A stretch of DNA of 63,967 nt, counting the filler, from an uncultured Methanosarcinales archaeon (GTDB lineage: Archaea; Nanobdellota; Nanobdellia; Woesearchaeales; CALCXY01): assembly GCA_964385185.1 (NCBI GenBank). It is 7 parts of 7 records of this genome, joined end to end, with 100 filler letters (N's around TTAATTAATTAA, not from the genome) between each part and the next. Parts side by side here need not be neighbours in the genome. Positions count along the whole stretch, not along the records: positions 21,192 to 31,393 come from CAYLOA010000033.1; positions 31,494 to 41,217 come from CAYLOA010000034.1; 5 more parts are not named here. One strand, written 5' to 3'. This document shows positions 29,081-38,048 of the stretch, piece after piece. Made by a program: the position numbers and the translations under genes. Each line of letters opens with the position of its first letter. Positions within the stretch are counted from its first letter, which is position 1. The notes under the pieces were generated by a model. The model saw only the letters and a list, made by a program, of their open reading frames with translations. It was not told where the DNA came from and ran no database searches.

Positions 29081-30292
29081 CTATTTCTTTGTTCTTCTCC
29101 TTCTGAAATATATGAATCCACCAATGTTGAGGATGATTATTATGAGGACTAACATGGATAAGATACTTTCTCTTGAAATTAACCCTGTGTTGGTTCCTGT
29201 CACTTGTCCTGTTGATAGCATTGAGATGGAATTAATGTTTACTTGGAATTCTTCTACTTTTTCAATGATGGTCTCTCCTATGTAGACTGCTAGGTGGAGT
29301 TGGTAGTTTCCTTGGACAGCATCTCTTGTATTCCAGTATGCTTTCACCATTTCTTCAGTATTCGGGTTAATATCTATCGTTTCTGTATTGTAGGTACCAT
29401 AGATGGTTCCTTTGTCATCTTTTATGATTACTTTACTGTAAACTCCTGTTAATTGTTTATTCCAGTTGTTCTGTAGGAATATATCGAATATGGCAACATC
29501 ACCTAATTTGAATTCTTCAGGGATAATCTTAGAGATTTCTAATCCTGCTTTACCTACGCTAAAGTCTTTCTCAACTTCAATTTTTTGGTCATCATAGTAA
29601 ATGGTTGCTTTGGCATGGTAGACTCCTGGATTGACGTCAGCTTTCCATATTCCAATCATTTTTCCTTGTTCTTGAGGGTTTAATCCAATTTCAGTTGTTT
29701 CAAATTTGGCAATACTTTCATAGGTAGCTCCAAATATCTCGATATTGGCTCTTGCTTTGAAGATAGGCTGTTTACCATAATTTTGCATCATTACTGCAAG
29801 ACGTACTTCGTCTCCTACTTCTGCTGATCCGATATCAATACTGGCAATGGCATATTTTCCAGGGAATGGTACTCTTATGTTTAATTCAGCCGCTACTGAC
29901 GTTAAGGCCGATATCACATTCGTTTCACTATTAAATTCATCTGGAATTTCAATAACTACGATTTCCATTCCTCTGAGTCCGGGTTCATCAAATCCTTCTG
30001 GAAGGTTGGCAATCAAAGTGATTTCTTTTGAAGCTTCGTCTGATCTCATGACTACAATGGACTCTTTGATCTGCACATATTCAGCAATTTCTCCTCGTAG
30101 TTCTATAGCTGCACGGAAACTTTTTCCTTCATCGTTAAAGATGCTGAATTTAATTTCATGCGTACCTGGAGCGTAATCAATTACTTTTTTGGCTGGACTA
30201 ATACCTAGGGCGAAGGTGGAGGTGGCTAGTGCTAGGAAAATGCCCATGATTATCATCATTTTCATGACGTTTTTCATCTTAACTTGTCGCAT
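29081..30292 (-). CDS. Signal peptide + three Ig-like domains + C-terminal TM anchor
   Basis: LGISPA, VPFPG, GVYHAKATIYY, NNWN; paralog of 27385-28608. Confidence 0.7.
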   Translation of the reverse strand: MRQVKMKNVMKMMIIMGIFLALATSTFALGISPAKKVIDYAPGTHEIKFSIFNDEGKSFRAAIELRGEIAEYVQIKESIVVMRSDEASKEITLIANLPEGFDEPGLRGMEIVVIEIPDEFNSETNVISALTSVAAELNIRVPFPGKYAIASIDIGSAEVGDEVRLAVMMQNYGKQPIFKARANIEIFGATYESIAKFETTEIGLNPQEQGKMIGIWKADVNPGVYHAKATIYYDDQKIEVEKDFSVGKAGLEISKIIPEEFKLGDVAIFDIFLQNNWNKQLTGVYSKVIIKDDKGTIYGTYNTETIDINPNTEEMVKAYWNTRDAVQGNYQLHLAVYIGETIIEKVEEFQVNINSISMLSTGQVTGTNTGLISRESILSMLVLIIIILNIGGFIYFRRRRTKK

Positions 30293-31393
30293 TCGTCCAC
30301 CATCGTGCTGTTAATACTACGTTTGTTGATTTTTCTCCAGCCAATTCATCTTCTGGAACAGTAATGTTAAAGTGAATAAAGGCCGAATCATTATTATCTG
30401 ACCAGTTTAATTCTCTAATTACTTGTATTTCATTGTTGGAAACATTTTCAAAGGACGTTTGAGATCCAGTCCAGTTGAAACTGGCATTCTCTGCTGTGCT
30501 GTTTGCTACAGCAAATTGCCAGAAGTAGGTATCGAATGTTGCTGAGCTTGAGGTGAAAAGTGGTGAAGATGCATTTAATGTAATATTGGCAACTACGTTT
30601 CCACTATTTTCAACAACGAATGGATGTGGGTTAAAGTCTAATGTGTCATTATTTACTCCATTATCCATGGTACCAAAGTCTACTGTTGATGTTGTGAGGG
30701 TTAGGCTGAGTAAGGAGTTTAACGTAAAGTTGAATTCATCTGAAATGACTGTTTCATCGTTTGTTGTGGCGTTTACTGACCAATTATATCTGGAGTCTAC
30801 GTCTAGGACATCTGTTATGGTGTAATTGTTACCTGTGAGGTCATTTACTTCTATTAATTCTGTATCACATTGGAGGTTAATATCTCCACAATAGACTCGT
30901 TCGATGTATAAGTCGTAGGTTATGGTGTCATTATCTAGATCTCCTACAGCTGTCCAGTTGAAATGTGTTGTTCTGTTGGTAATAGTTGAATTGAAGATAG
31001 GGAAATCTGGTAGAGGTTTTTCAGGAGGAGTATTTGTGATATTCATTGTTGATGAGTTTATCCAAGCTGTTGCGTTTACTGTTCCGTCATCTATCTGGAT
31101 CATACAAGTCCAGTTTTGGTTCTTTGTGGTATTTCCGAAATTTAATGTATCAACAAGGACAATTTTATTATCTTCATTTGTGACATTTCTAATATCAGTG
31201 TGATCTGCATTTTCAACAGCTGTTGTTGATGCTGATGATAGATTAAACCATCTGACATATGCATTTATGGTATCGGAGTCAGAGTCAGTAGCGTTTAGCC
31301 AGCATGAAATTGATTCATTAGTTCTATTATTGAGTGCTGATGAGTTTATGAGGACTTGGTTGATTGTTGGGGCTGTGTTACCTGCAGGACCTG
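30279..31393 (-). CDS. Surface glycoprotein C-terminal part (5'-truncated)
   Basis: Frame open to the contig end; many N-x-S/T sequons; terminal domain (VDFGTM, FVVENSGN, ITVPEDE) resembles the 25981/26651 subunits. Confidence 0.75.
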
Positions 31394-31493
31394 NNNNNNN
31401 NNNNNNNNNNNNNNNNNNNNNNNNNNNNNNNNNNNNNTTAATTAATTAANNNNNNNNNNNNNNNNNNNNNNNNNNNNNNNNNNNNNNNNNNNN
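31394..31493. other. Artificial contig linker
   Basis: N-run with TTAATTAATTAA. Confidence 0.99.
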
Positions 31494-31733
31494 TTATTCT
31501 AAATCAGTCCGTAACCAAATCCTTCCAACAGCAGGATTAACAGGATCTGATGTTCATGATTCAACTACTAATCCACCTTGTGCATCAATAACAGTTCCAG
31601 AAAAATCAATCTCAGCTCCTGAATGTGACTGTCCAGCCTCATTGGCAACAACATATGCACCCATAACTAAAATAACTAAAACCACTCCTAAGATAATCAT
31701 TTTATTCTTGGAAATAGTAAATTCTAATTTCAT
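31494..31733 (-). pseudogene. Small membrane protein with an in-frame TGA
   Basis: MKLEFTISKNKMIILGVVLVILVMGAYVVANE...GGLVVES*TSDPVNPAVGRIWLRTDLE; TGA at 31554-31556. Confidence 0.55.
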
Positions 31734-31820
31734 TTATTAATTATTGGCTAAGAAGTTTATAAATTATTCTATTTTAGACATCCATTGAAAAGAAATCCTT
31801 ATATATTCCTTTCTTAGAAT

Positions 31821-32313
31821 ATGGTTATGCATGTTAGTAGAAAGTGGGTCGATTTAATTGTAATTCTTACCATCCTATCATTATTTTCACTTTCTGTGAA
31901 CGCCGCACCATGTACAGATTACGAAGGAGGTGTGAGCAAATTTGTCAGAGGTCATGTTCTTCTTACCTATCCTTTTTCACATTTTATAGATGATCGTTGT
32001 GATAGTGACAAACCTAATCACCTAAGTGAAAAAAGTTGCAGTGGGGGAAAATATGTGCCAACTACTATTAACTGTGGGGATGAAAATATATATAGATGGA
32101 ATATTGCTTGCAGAAAGGGTATCAGTATATAACACTAGAGGACATGGTGGAGCAAGTCCACCTTTTAATTTAGGTAATGGTTTCGGAAGTTTTGATGGGG
32201 TCATGGATGATATTATGGTATGGGGCAGACCCTTGAATGCTAATGAAGTTAAAGATTTGTATGAGTTTGATAAATATGATCAATTATCTGAATGGGCAAT
32301 AGCCCAATCTTAA
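31821..32313 (+). pseudogene. Fragmented secreted protein: Cys-rich N-terminus joined out of frame to a LamG-like C-terminus
   Basis: Signal peptide and Cys-rich part in one frame; MKIYIDG...FDGVMDDIMVWGRPL in another. Confidence 0.55.
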
Positions 32314-32379
32314 CAAATTTCGATCTAATTAAATCTATATTCCCTTACTTTTTTAAACTCCTTTGTATTCCCTTACACT

Positions 32380-33408
32380 ATGGAATCCCTAAAAACAATA
32401 AAGTCACAAATAGAACCACTCCTAGAGTCATTCTTCCAAGATAAACTAAAAAAAGCTTCTAAAATAGACCCTTCTTCAGAAGAAATGATTAACCTCCTTA
32501 AAGAATTCACCCTAAGAGGTGGAAAAAGAATAAGAGCAGCCTTAGTCTACCACGGATTTGCATTATTCCAAAAACCAAATAATGAAATCCTAAATGCAGC
32601 AATGGCTACTGAATTAGTACATGCTTTTCTGATGATCCACGATGATATCATAGACCAAGACGATACAAGACGTTCTGGCCCTACAATACACCATTCATAT
32701 GAAAAATTATTCAACAAACACTATGGAACATCATTTGCTATCTTAGCAGGAGATATCCTACATGCATTTGCCAATGAAATACTAGCTTCCTCCAACTTCC
32801 CTGACAATCATAAAGTAAAAGCAATCGAATCACTAAACAATACTGTAACTAAAGTGATCTATGGAGAATCTCTAGACGTCTTATCATCAATCAAACCTAA
32901 TTTTACAAAAAAAGACTTAGAATTAACACATTATCTAAAAACAGCTTCCTATACAGTAGAAGGACCACTCCACCTAGGAGCTATTCTAGCAGGAGCAACC
33001 AATCAACAACTCCAAACACTATCTAAATACGCTATCCCGCTAGGAAAAGCCTTCCAACTCCAAGATGATATCTTAGGATTATTCGGCGATGAAAAAAAAC
33101 TAGGAAAACCAGTAGCCTCAGACATTAAAGAAGGAAAGAAAACACTCTTAATCCTTAAGGCGTTAGAAAAAGCATCAGAACATGACAAAACAGTCTTGAA
33201 AGCCAGCCTAAACAATCAAAATGTAACAAAAGAAGACATACAAAAAGTAAGAGATATAGTAACAGCAACTAATTCCTTAGAACACTCTCAAAATACAGCA
33301 AAGAAACTAATTAAGCAAGCAAAACAAGCAATAACTAATCTTCCCCAATCAGAAAGTAAACAATTTCTTATTGAATTAGCTGACTATATGTTAGAGAGAA
33401 CTATTTAG
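32380..33408 (+). CDS. idsA: trans-polyprenyl (GGPP/FPP) synthase
   Basis: GGKRIR, HDDIIDQDDTRR, KTASY, FQLQDDILG, SDIKEGKKT. Confidence 0.92.
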   Translation: MESLKTIKSQIEPLLESFFQDKLKKASKIDPSSEEMINLLKEFTLRGGKRIRAALVYHGFALFQKPNNEILNAAMATELVHAFLMIHDDIIDQDDTRRSGPTIHHSYEKLFNKHYGTSFAILAGDILHAFANEILASSNFPDNHKVKAIESLNNTVTKVIYGESLDVLSSIKPNFTKKDLELTHYLKTASYTVEGPLHLGAILAGATNQQLQTLSKYAIPLGKAFQLQDDILGLFGDEKKLGKPVASDIKEGKKTLLILKALEKASEHDKTVLKASLNNQNVTKEDIQKVRDIVTATNSLEHSQNTAKKLIKQAKQAITNLPQSESKQFLIELADYMLERTI

Positions 33409-34093
33409 GGTTAGCATATTGTAATCCAACAAGAATACTATGTGGTTGAACTCTAATTTGATATTCTTTTCCATCTCCAAGGTGATAGGGCACTCCAACC
33501 TTCAGTTCCGTAGCATCAGTAAAGAAATATGCGGATCCCTGAACTAAAGTGATACTTGCATCGCCTGTTGTCGTGAACGTTGCATCTATAGTACTATTTT
33601 TAACCCTCGTAACAGCAATCCTGCTAATATCTCCTTCTCCTGGAAATCCTTGATGGAGTCTAGTAAATGTGGCTAGATGTGATGTATTGGTTTGAAGCAA
33701 GTACGGAGGATCTTTCCGAGTAAATATGTTCGACCCTTCAGCGCAACAGATAATGGTACTAGCTCCCCTTATTCTTTCGTAACCAGCTTCATGACCTCCC
33801 ATATAGGCACTTTCACCTTGTTCTAACACTTCAAATGTACTATCCCTTTCGTCGGAAGTTTGTATCTCAACCTCTCCAGAAACAACGTGATGTAAAGATC
33901 TGCTAGAATCTCCTTCTAAATTAATACCTCCATGAATCGGAATAGTAACTAAATGGACTATATTAGGACTGTATTCAATATTTCCATTTTCTTCATCACC
34001 TTTCTGAAATAATACATATCGAGAAAAATCTTCTGTGTCAATTCTATCAAAATCTTCAAGATGATCAACAAAACGAGTAATTTGCCTTCGCAT
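33401..34093 (-). CDS. Hypothetical protein, possibly a degenerate bicupin
   Basis: 230-aa ORF; HVVSGEVEI and TLVQGSAYF resemble cupin strands. Confidence 0.55.
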   Translation of the reverse strand: MRRQITRFVDHLEDFDRIDTEDFSRYVLFQKGDEENGNIEYSPNIVHLVTIPIHGGINLEGDSSRSLHHVVSGEVEIQTSDERDSTFEVLEQGESAYMGGHEAGYERIRGASTIICCAEGSNIFTRKDPPYLLQTNTSHLATFTRLHQGFPGEGDISRIAVTRVKNSTIDATFTTTGDASITLVQGSAYFFTDATELKVGVPYHLGDGKEYQIRVQPHSILVGLQYANPK

Positions 34094-34169
34094 AAGCTAA
34101 AGAATTCCTAAGGGGTTTTAAAGATTTGTATCATCCACAAACTATAGAAAAAGACAACCTATCACTGTC

Positions 34170-34214
34170 CTCGCAGTCGAAAGACTGCGAGAGTCGGCAC
34201 TGTGTCAGTGCCAT
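34170..34214. repeat. REP-like two-hairpin element, copy 1
   Basis: CTCGCAGTC-GAAA-GACTGCGAG AGTC GGCACTG-TGT-CAGTGCC AT. Confidence 0.9.
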
Positions 34215-34236
34215 CTCCATTTCCTATGACTTAAAA

Positions 34237-34947
34237 TTATTTACCAAAACGTCTTTCCCTTCTACTAAACTCATTAATACACTCAACAAAATCCTCTTTT
34301 TCAAATTCAGGCCAGAATTTCTCTAAGAAGATCCATTCTGAATAATGACTTTGCCATAATAAAAAATTAGAAGTTCTCTGAGCACCACCAGTCCGAATAA
34401 TCAACTCAGGCTCATCTTCCATATACAAATTCTTAGCAAAAGTCTCTTCATTAATATCTTCAACACTTAAATCCCCTTTCTTTACAGATTCAGCCACTTT
34501 CTTAACAGCATCAACAACCTCTTGCCTTCCACCATACCCCATGGCAAAGTTAACAACATAATTACTATGCTTTGAAGTCATTTCCATTAACTGCTTAATC
34601 TTCTCCTGAACACTCTTAGGGAACATATACAATCGTCCAATAAAATTCAAACGAACTCCATTCTTCTTCAATCGATCATCACTAAGCAACTTATCAAACT
34701 CTTTGTCAAATACACCCATAAGATAGTCAAACTCAACCTTTGGCCGATTAAAGTTTTCAACAGAGAAACAATACAATGTTAATTCCTTTACCCCTAATTC
34801 CATAGCCCAATCCAATAACTTCTCAACTTTCTGAGCTCCCCATTCATGGCCTTTCCAAGGTTTCATCATTAATCGTTTAGAAAACCTTCTATTACCATCA
34901 AGAATAACTCCGATATGCTTAGGAACTTTACTTTCAGTTGCTTCCAT
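34237..34947 (-). CDS. uppS: cis-prenyltransferase (undecaprenyl diphosphate synthase family)
   Basis: PKHIGVILDGNRR, FSVENFNRP, YGGRQE, IRTGGAQRTSNFLLWQ. Confidence 0.96.
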   Translation of the reverse strand: MEATESKVPKHIGVILDGNRRFSKRLMMKPWKGHEWGAQKVEKLLDWAMELGVKELTLYCFSVENFNRPKVEFDYLMGVFDKEFDKLLSDDRLKKNGVRLNFIGRLYMFPKSVQEKIKQLMEMTSKHSNYVVNFAMGYGGRQEVVDAVKKVAESVKKGDLSVEDINEETFAKNLYMEDEPELIIRTGGAQRTSNFLLWQSHYSEWIFLEKFWPEFEKEDFVECINEFSRRERRFGK

Positions 34948-34968
34948 CTATATTCCTCAATTCTCAAC

Positions 34969-35451
34969 CTATTTAAATAATTTACGACTAAACACTTCAA
35001 TAAACAAATCCTGAGGTATCATAATTCCGGCTCCAATAAAACGTTTAGCTAAATCAAAACCATCTTCTGTACCACGAGGCTGTTTATATTCAATTAATTC
35101 CTTAAGAGTATGACCATTCAAAAATCCTTCATTCATCCGTAACGTAACATCCTTTTTGCCCATCTTCACAGAGTGCTTTCCAAACGATACTTTCTCCACC
35201 CCATGTTTCTTGAACTCCCATTTGACCAAATCACCAATAAGTGAAGCCTTACTAAGATTTGTCATATAGGTCCCAACATCTTTTCCCACAAAACTCCAGT
35301 AATCAACGGAAACAGGATCCTCATAAGAAACAACTCTACCTAAATACTTACTCACAGATTGCTTGGGCTGCTTCTTAGCTTTAATCCACTTAGTCTTAAC
35401 AAGATAAGCATACTCTCTATCCTTAATCTTTTTGACACGAATATAAGCCAT
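34969..35451 (-). CDS. Hypothetical basic protein
   Basis: MAYIRVKKIKDREYAYLV...KYLGR beta-hairpin N-terminus. Confidence 0.7.
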   Translation of the reverse strand: MAYIRVKKIKDREYAYLVKTKWIKAKKQPKQSVSKYLGRVVSYEDPVSVDYWSFVGKDVGTYMTNLSKASLIGDLVKWEFKKHGVEKVSFGKHSVKMGKKDVTLRMNEGFLNGHTLKELIEYKQPRGTEDGFDLAKRFIGAGIMIPQDLFIEVFSRKLFK

Positions 35452-35625
35452 ACATTCTCACACATCTACCCCTATATAAGGATTATGGAGTTAGGCACTA
35501 TGTGAACACCCTTCTTTTCAACAACAATCAATTACCAAAAAATCTCCCTTTACCGTCGTCAAAAGAAAATATTATCTCATATCTCAACAAGACCAATATA
35601 CCCCAAAAAAGAGCTATATAGGTAA

Positions 35626-35664
35626 CACCACTACTACCGGTGCCCACAGGGCACAGTAGTGGTG
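35626..35664. repeat. Nested hairpin with ACA loop
   Basis: CACCACTACT-ACCG-GTGCCC-ACA-GGGCAC-AGTAGTGGTG. Confidence 0.8.
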
Positions 35665-35682
35665 AATGAATGTCTCAAAAGG

Positions 35683-35727
35683 CTCGCAGTCGAAAGACTG
35701 CGAGAGTCGGCATGCTGTGCATGCCAT
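35683..35727. repeat. REP-like two-hairpin element, copy 2
   Basis: CTCGCAGTC-GAAA-GACTGCGAG AGTC GGCATGC-TGT-GCATGCC AT. Confidence 0.9.
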
Positions 35728-35773
35728 TAAAGTTTCTTATTTAGAATAAATTATTACAAAAAACTAAAAATTC

Positions 35774-36052
35774 TTACTTAATATTACCACTAATAGCTTT
35801 CTTTAAAGCTTCATTTCTTTTCTTTAACTTACCAGCAGCAGCCAATAAAGCTTTCTTAGGTGTACTAGAACTATCAGTCTCAACAATAAGCCGAGGAATA
35901 CCCACTAAAGGATGTCTGATAGTATAACCAGCATTCTTAACATGACTATCATCATTCAATTCATTCCGAAGAGCATTACAGAGAGTATGATCTCCTTCTT
36001 TAACCTGAACAATAAGCTTATTCTTCTTCTCTAAAAGAACGTTTAATTCCAT
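35774..36052 (-). CDS. rpoL: DNA-directed RNA polymerase subunit L (Rpo11)
   Basis: DHTLCNALR...AGYTIRHPL. Confidence 0.93.
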   Translation of the reverse strand: MELNVLLEKKNKLIVQVKEGDHTLCNALRNELNDDSHVKNAGYTIRHPLVGIPRLIVETDSSSTPKKALLAAAGKLKKRNEALKKAISGNIK

Positions 36053-36129
36053 AGCATGTAGAACTATTATGTTATTTATAAGGTTTTCTATGTTATCAAT
36101 TTATAAATCAATATTTATTCCCAAATCAA

Positions 36130-36627
36130 ATGAAAGAAATGTATCATTACACAACAGAGAGGAAATGGAAACAAATCCAAGCCGACAAACAGCTTAACCC
36201 AAATTCAGCTCCATTTGAATTATTCCCTACAGACGGCTTTGAAGATACAGTCCCATTTCATGGCTATACAGTTGGTGTTAATGATCAAGAAGCATCAGAC
36301 TGGAAAGCATGTGGAGAGTTTGAAAAACTCATAGAATATACATCAGAAGAAGTAATCCTAAAACTTCATTCAGATCATGAATTTATTTTTGTAAGGAATA
36401 TCTATCCAGCATCACCTCAAGGTCTAATCGAAAACTACGGCATAGATCTAAGAAAAAAATTACATGAAGAAGGATTACAAGGTCATGAAAACGATCAATT
36501 GGATGAAGCATTTTTTGCATACTATCTATCCACAACATTATTATCAGATTACAAAAATAATTTCAAAGCCATAGAAATCTGGACACCACAAACATTTACA
36601 TTAGACCAAATTGAAAGAGTAAAATAG
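36130..36627 (+). CDS. Hypothetical protein
   Basis: 165-aa ORF with an upstream TTTATAAA box; N-terminal MYHYT. Confidence 0.65.
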   Translation: MKEMYHYTTERKWKQIQADKQLNPNSAPFELFPTDGFEDTVPFHGYTVGVNDQEASDWKACGEFEKLIEYTSEEVILKLHSDHEFIFVRNIYPASPQGLIENYGIDLRKKLHEEGLQGHENDQLDEAFFAYYLSTTLLSDYKNNFKAIEIWTPQTFTLDQIERVK

Positions 36628-36668
36628 AAATTAAATTAAAAATAAAACAAAGAAATTCAAATTTTTCT

Positions 36669-36732
36669 TCATTCCCATTCAATCCCAAGCCTGGGAATGA
36701 CACATTTTGTCGTCTAAAAAAGACATTCCCAA
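36669..36732. promoter_or_regulatory. Satellite cluster of CATTCCCA motifs plus CATTTTGTCGTC
   Basis: TCATTCCCA 36669, inverted CTGGGAATGAC 36691, CATTTTGTCGTC 36703, GACATTCCCAA 36722. Confidence 0.65.
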
Positions 36733-36753
36733 CAAATTATTCAGAATTTATTA

Positions 36754-37386
36754 TTATTTCTTACGTACAAACCTAAAAGCAGTAACTGCAACGTTCTCAA
36801 CCTTCTTTTTATGATGTGCCATAGACTTTTTTAGCGGAAAATTATAGTCTATCGAGCGCTCAATGACAAAACCAGAGTCTTCAGCCAGAGTTTTAACAAA
36901 TGAAAGAGTACTAGTCTTATGAAAACTCCAGACAACATCAGCAACACTAAATGCCTTCACCAAAAAATTCCGATCAGCATGTTTCTGCCGTGTCCCAAAC
37001 GGTGGATTCATGATAACACAGTCAACTTTCTGACTAAAATCAGCTATATCACCGGCTATAATCTCCATTTCACACTCACTTTCATCCCCACACTCCTTAG
37101 CCACATTACGCCCCAATACCTCAAGGGCATCTTTATCATTTTCAACCATAAATACCTTCCCAGAACCCAATAATCCTACCCCAATACCGAGAATTCCGGT
37201 GCCAGAACCCAAATCCACACTCACTTTACCAAAATCACCTAATAACCCTCCTTCCCAAACCACGTCAGACGCAATTTCAGAGTCTGTAGGGTACTGTTCA
37301 GCACTCACTTTAGCATTTGTGAACCCCTCAAGCCGTGATAACCTCACAGCCAGGTCTTTTTTGCTTCGAATTTGCTTCATAAACAC
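36754..37386 (-). CDS. METTL5-family SAM-dependent methyltransferase
   Basis: EQYPT, DLGSGTGILG, MNPPFG, HADRNFL, FHK. Confidence 0.9.
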   Translation of the reverse strand: MFMKQIRSKKDLAVRLSRLEGFTNAKVSAEQYPTDSEIASDVVWEGGLLGDFGKVSVDLGSGTGILGIGVGLLGSGKVFMVENDKDALEVLGRNVAKECGDESECEMEIIAGDIADFSQKVDCVIMNPPFGTRQKHADRNFLVKAFSVADVVWSFHKTSTLSFVKTLAEDSGFVIERSIDYNFPLKKSMAHHKKKVENVAVTAFRFVRKK

Positions 37387-37837
37387 TCACTTTCATCTAC
37401 TACCCTATAAACTTATTTATTTACACTATAGTAATTAATAAATCCTACCCTATTTACCCTCACTTTAACCTAATCCTTCCTAATATTAATTAATTACAGT
37501 ATAGAAAATAATTAATCTAACACTCACTTTTCACTATCCTAACCCAAATATCGCCAATATTCCCCAAAATACCCTAAATCATGCCTAAACGAACTCTCAC
37601 TTTTGCCCTATTTTACCTTAATTTCCATATAGAAAATAATAAAATCTCTCATTATACACCTCTCATTTCCCTCCATATACCCTCCAGAATACCTTTTTTC
37701 AAACCCTCAAATTTTCCAAAATCTACCCCTCGATTTTTGACCAAATTTACAAGCCCAAAAAGACTAAAAAATTTCGATCAAAAATCTATCAAAAAATCTA
37801 GCAAAATTATCGCAAAAATCCTACCCTCCAAAACCGA

Positions 37838-38037
37838 GACATTCCCATCATAACCCTCAAAAAAAGTCATTCCCAGCTCATTCCCAAGACATTCCCAGGA
37901 CTTTCCCAGAACGTTCCCAGGAATGACCTCATTTTCAGGTATGAAAAGAACACAAAAAAAGAATAACATTCCCAGAACGTTCCCAATACATTCCCACTAT
38001 AGTCCCAAATGCACAAATTTTATATACTTGGGAATGA
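37838..38037. repeat. Phased 11-bp tandem iteron-like array, consensus (G/A)ACATTCCCA(G/A)
   Basis: TTCCCA cores at 37870, 37881, 37892, 37903, 37914, then 37969, 37980, 37991 and GTCCCA at 38002; a single copy at 37842; inverted copies near 37917-37927 and 38028-38037. Confidence 0.92.
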
Positions 38038-38048
38038 AAAAAGTGAGC

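Noticed and set aside
31554..31556. Genome-wide TGA recoding or selenocysteine
   Set aside because: TGA terminates several conserved genes at expected positions; this is a single isolated case
37581..37969. ORF-track ORFs 37581-37853 and 37778-37969, and the N-terminal extension of 37923-38717
   Set aside because: Low-complexity translations of the G-poor tract and repeat array; a TATA-like box supports a start at 38049
37838..38037. CRISPR array
   Set aside because: Units are 11 bp and abut without unique spacers; no cas genes
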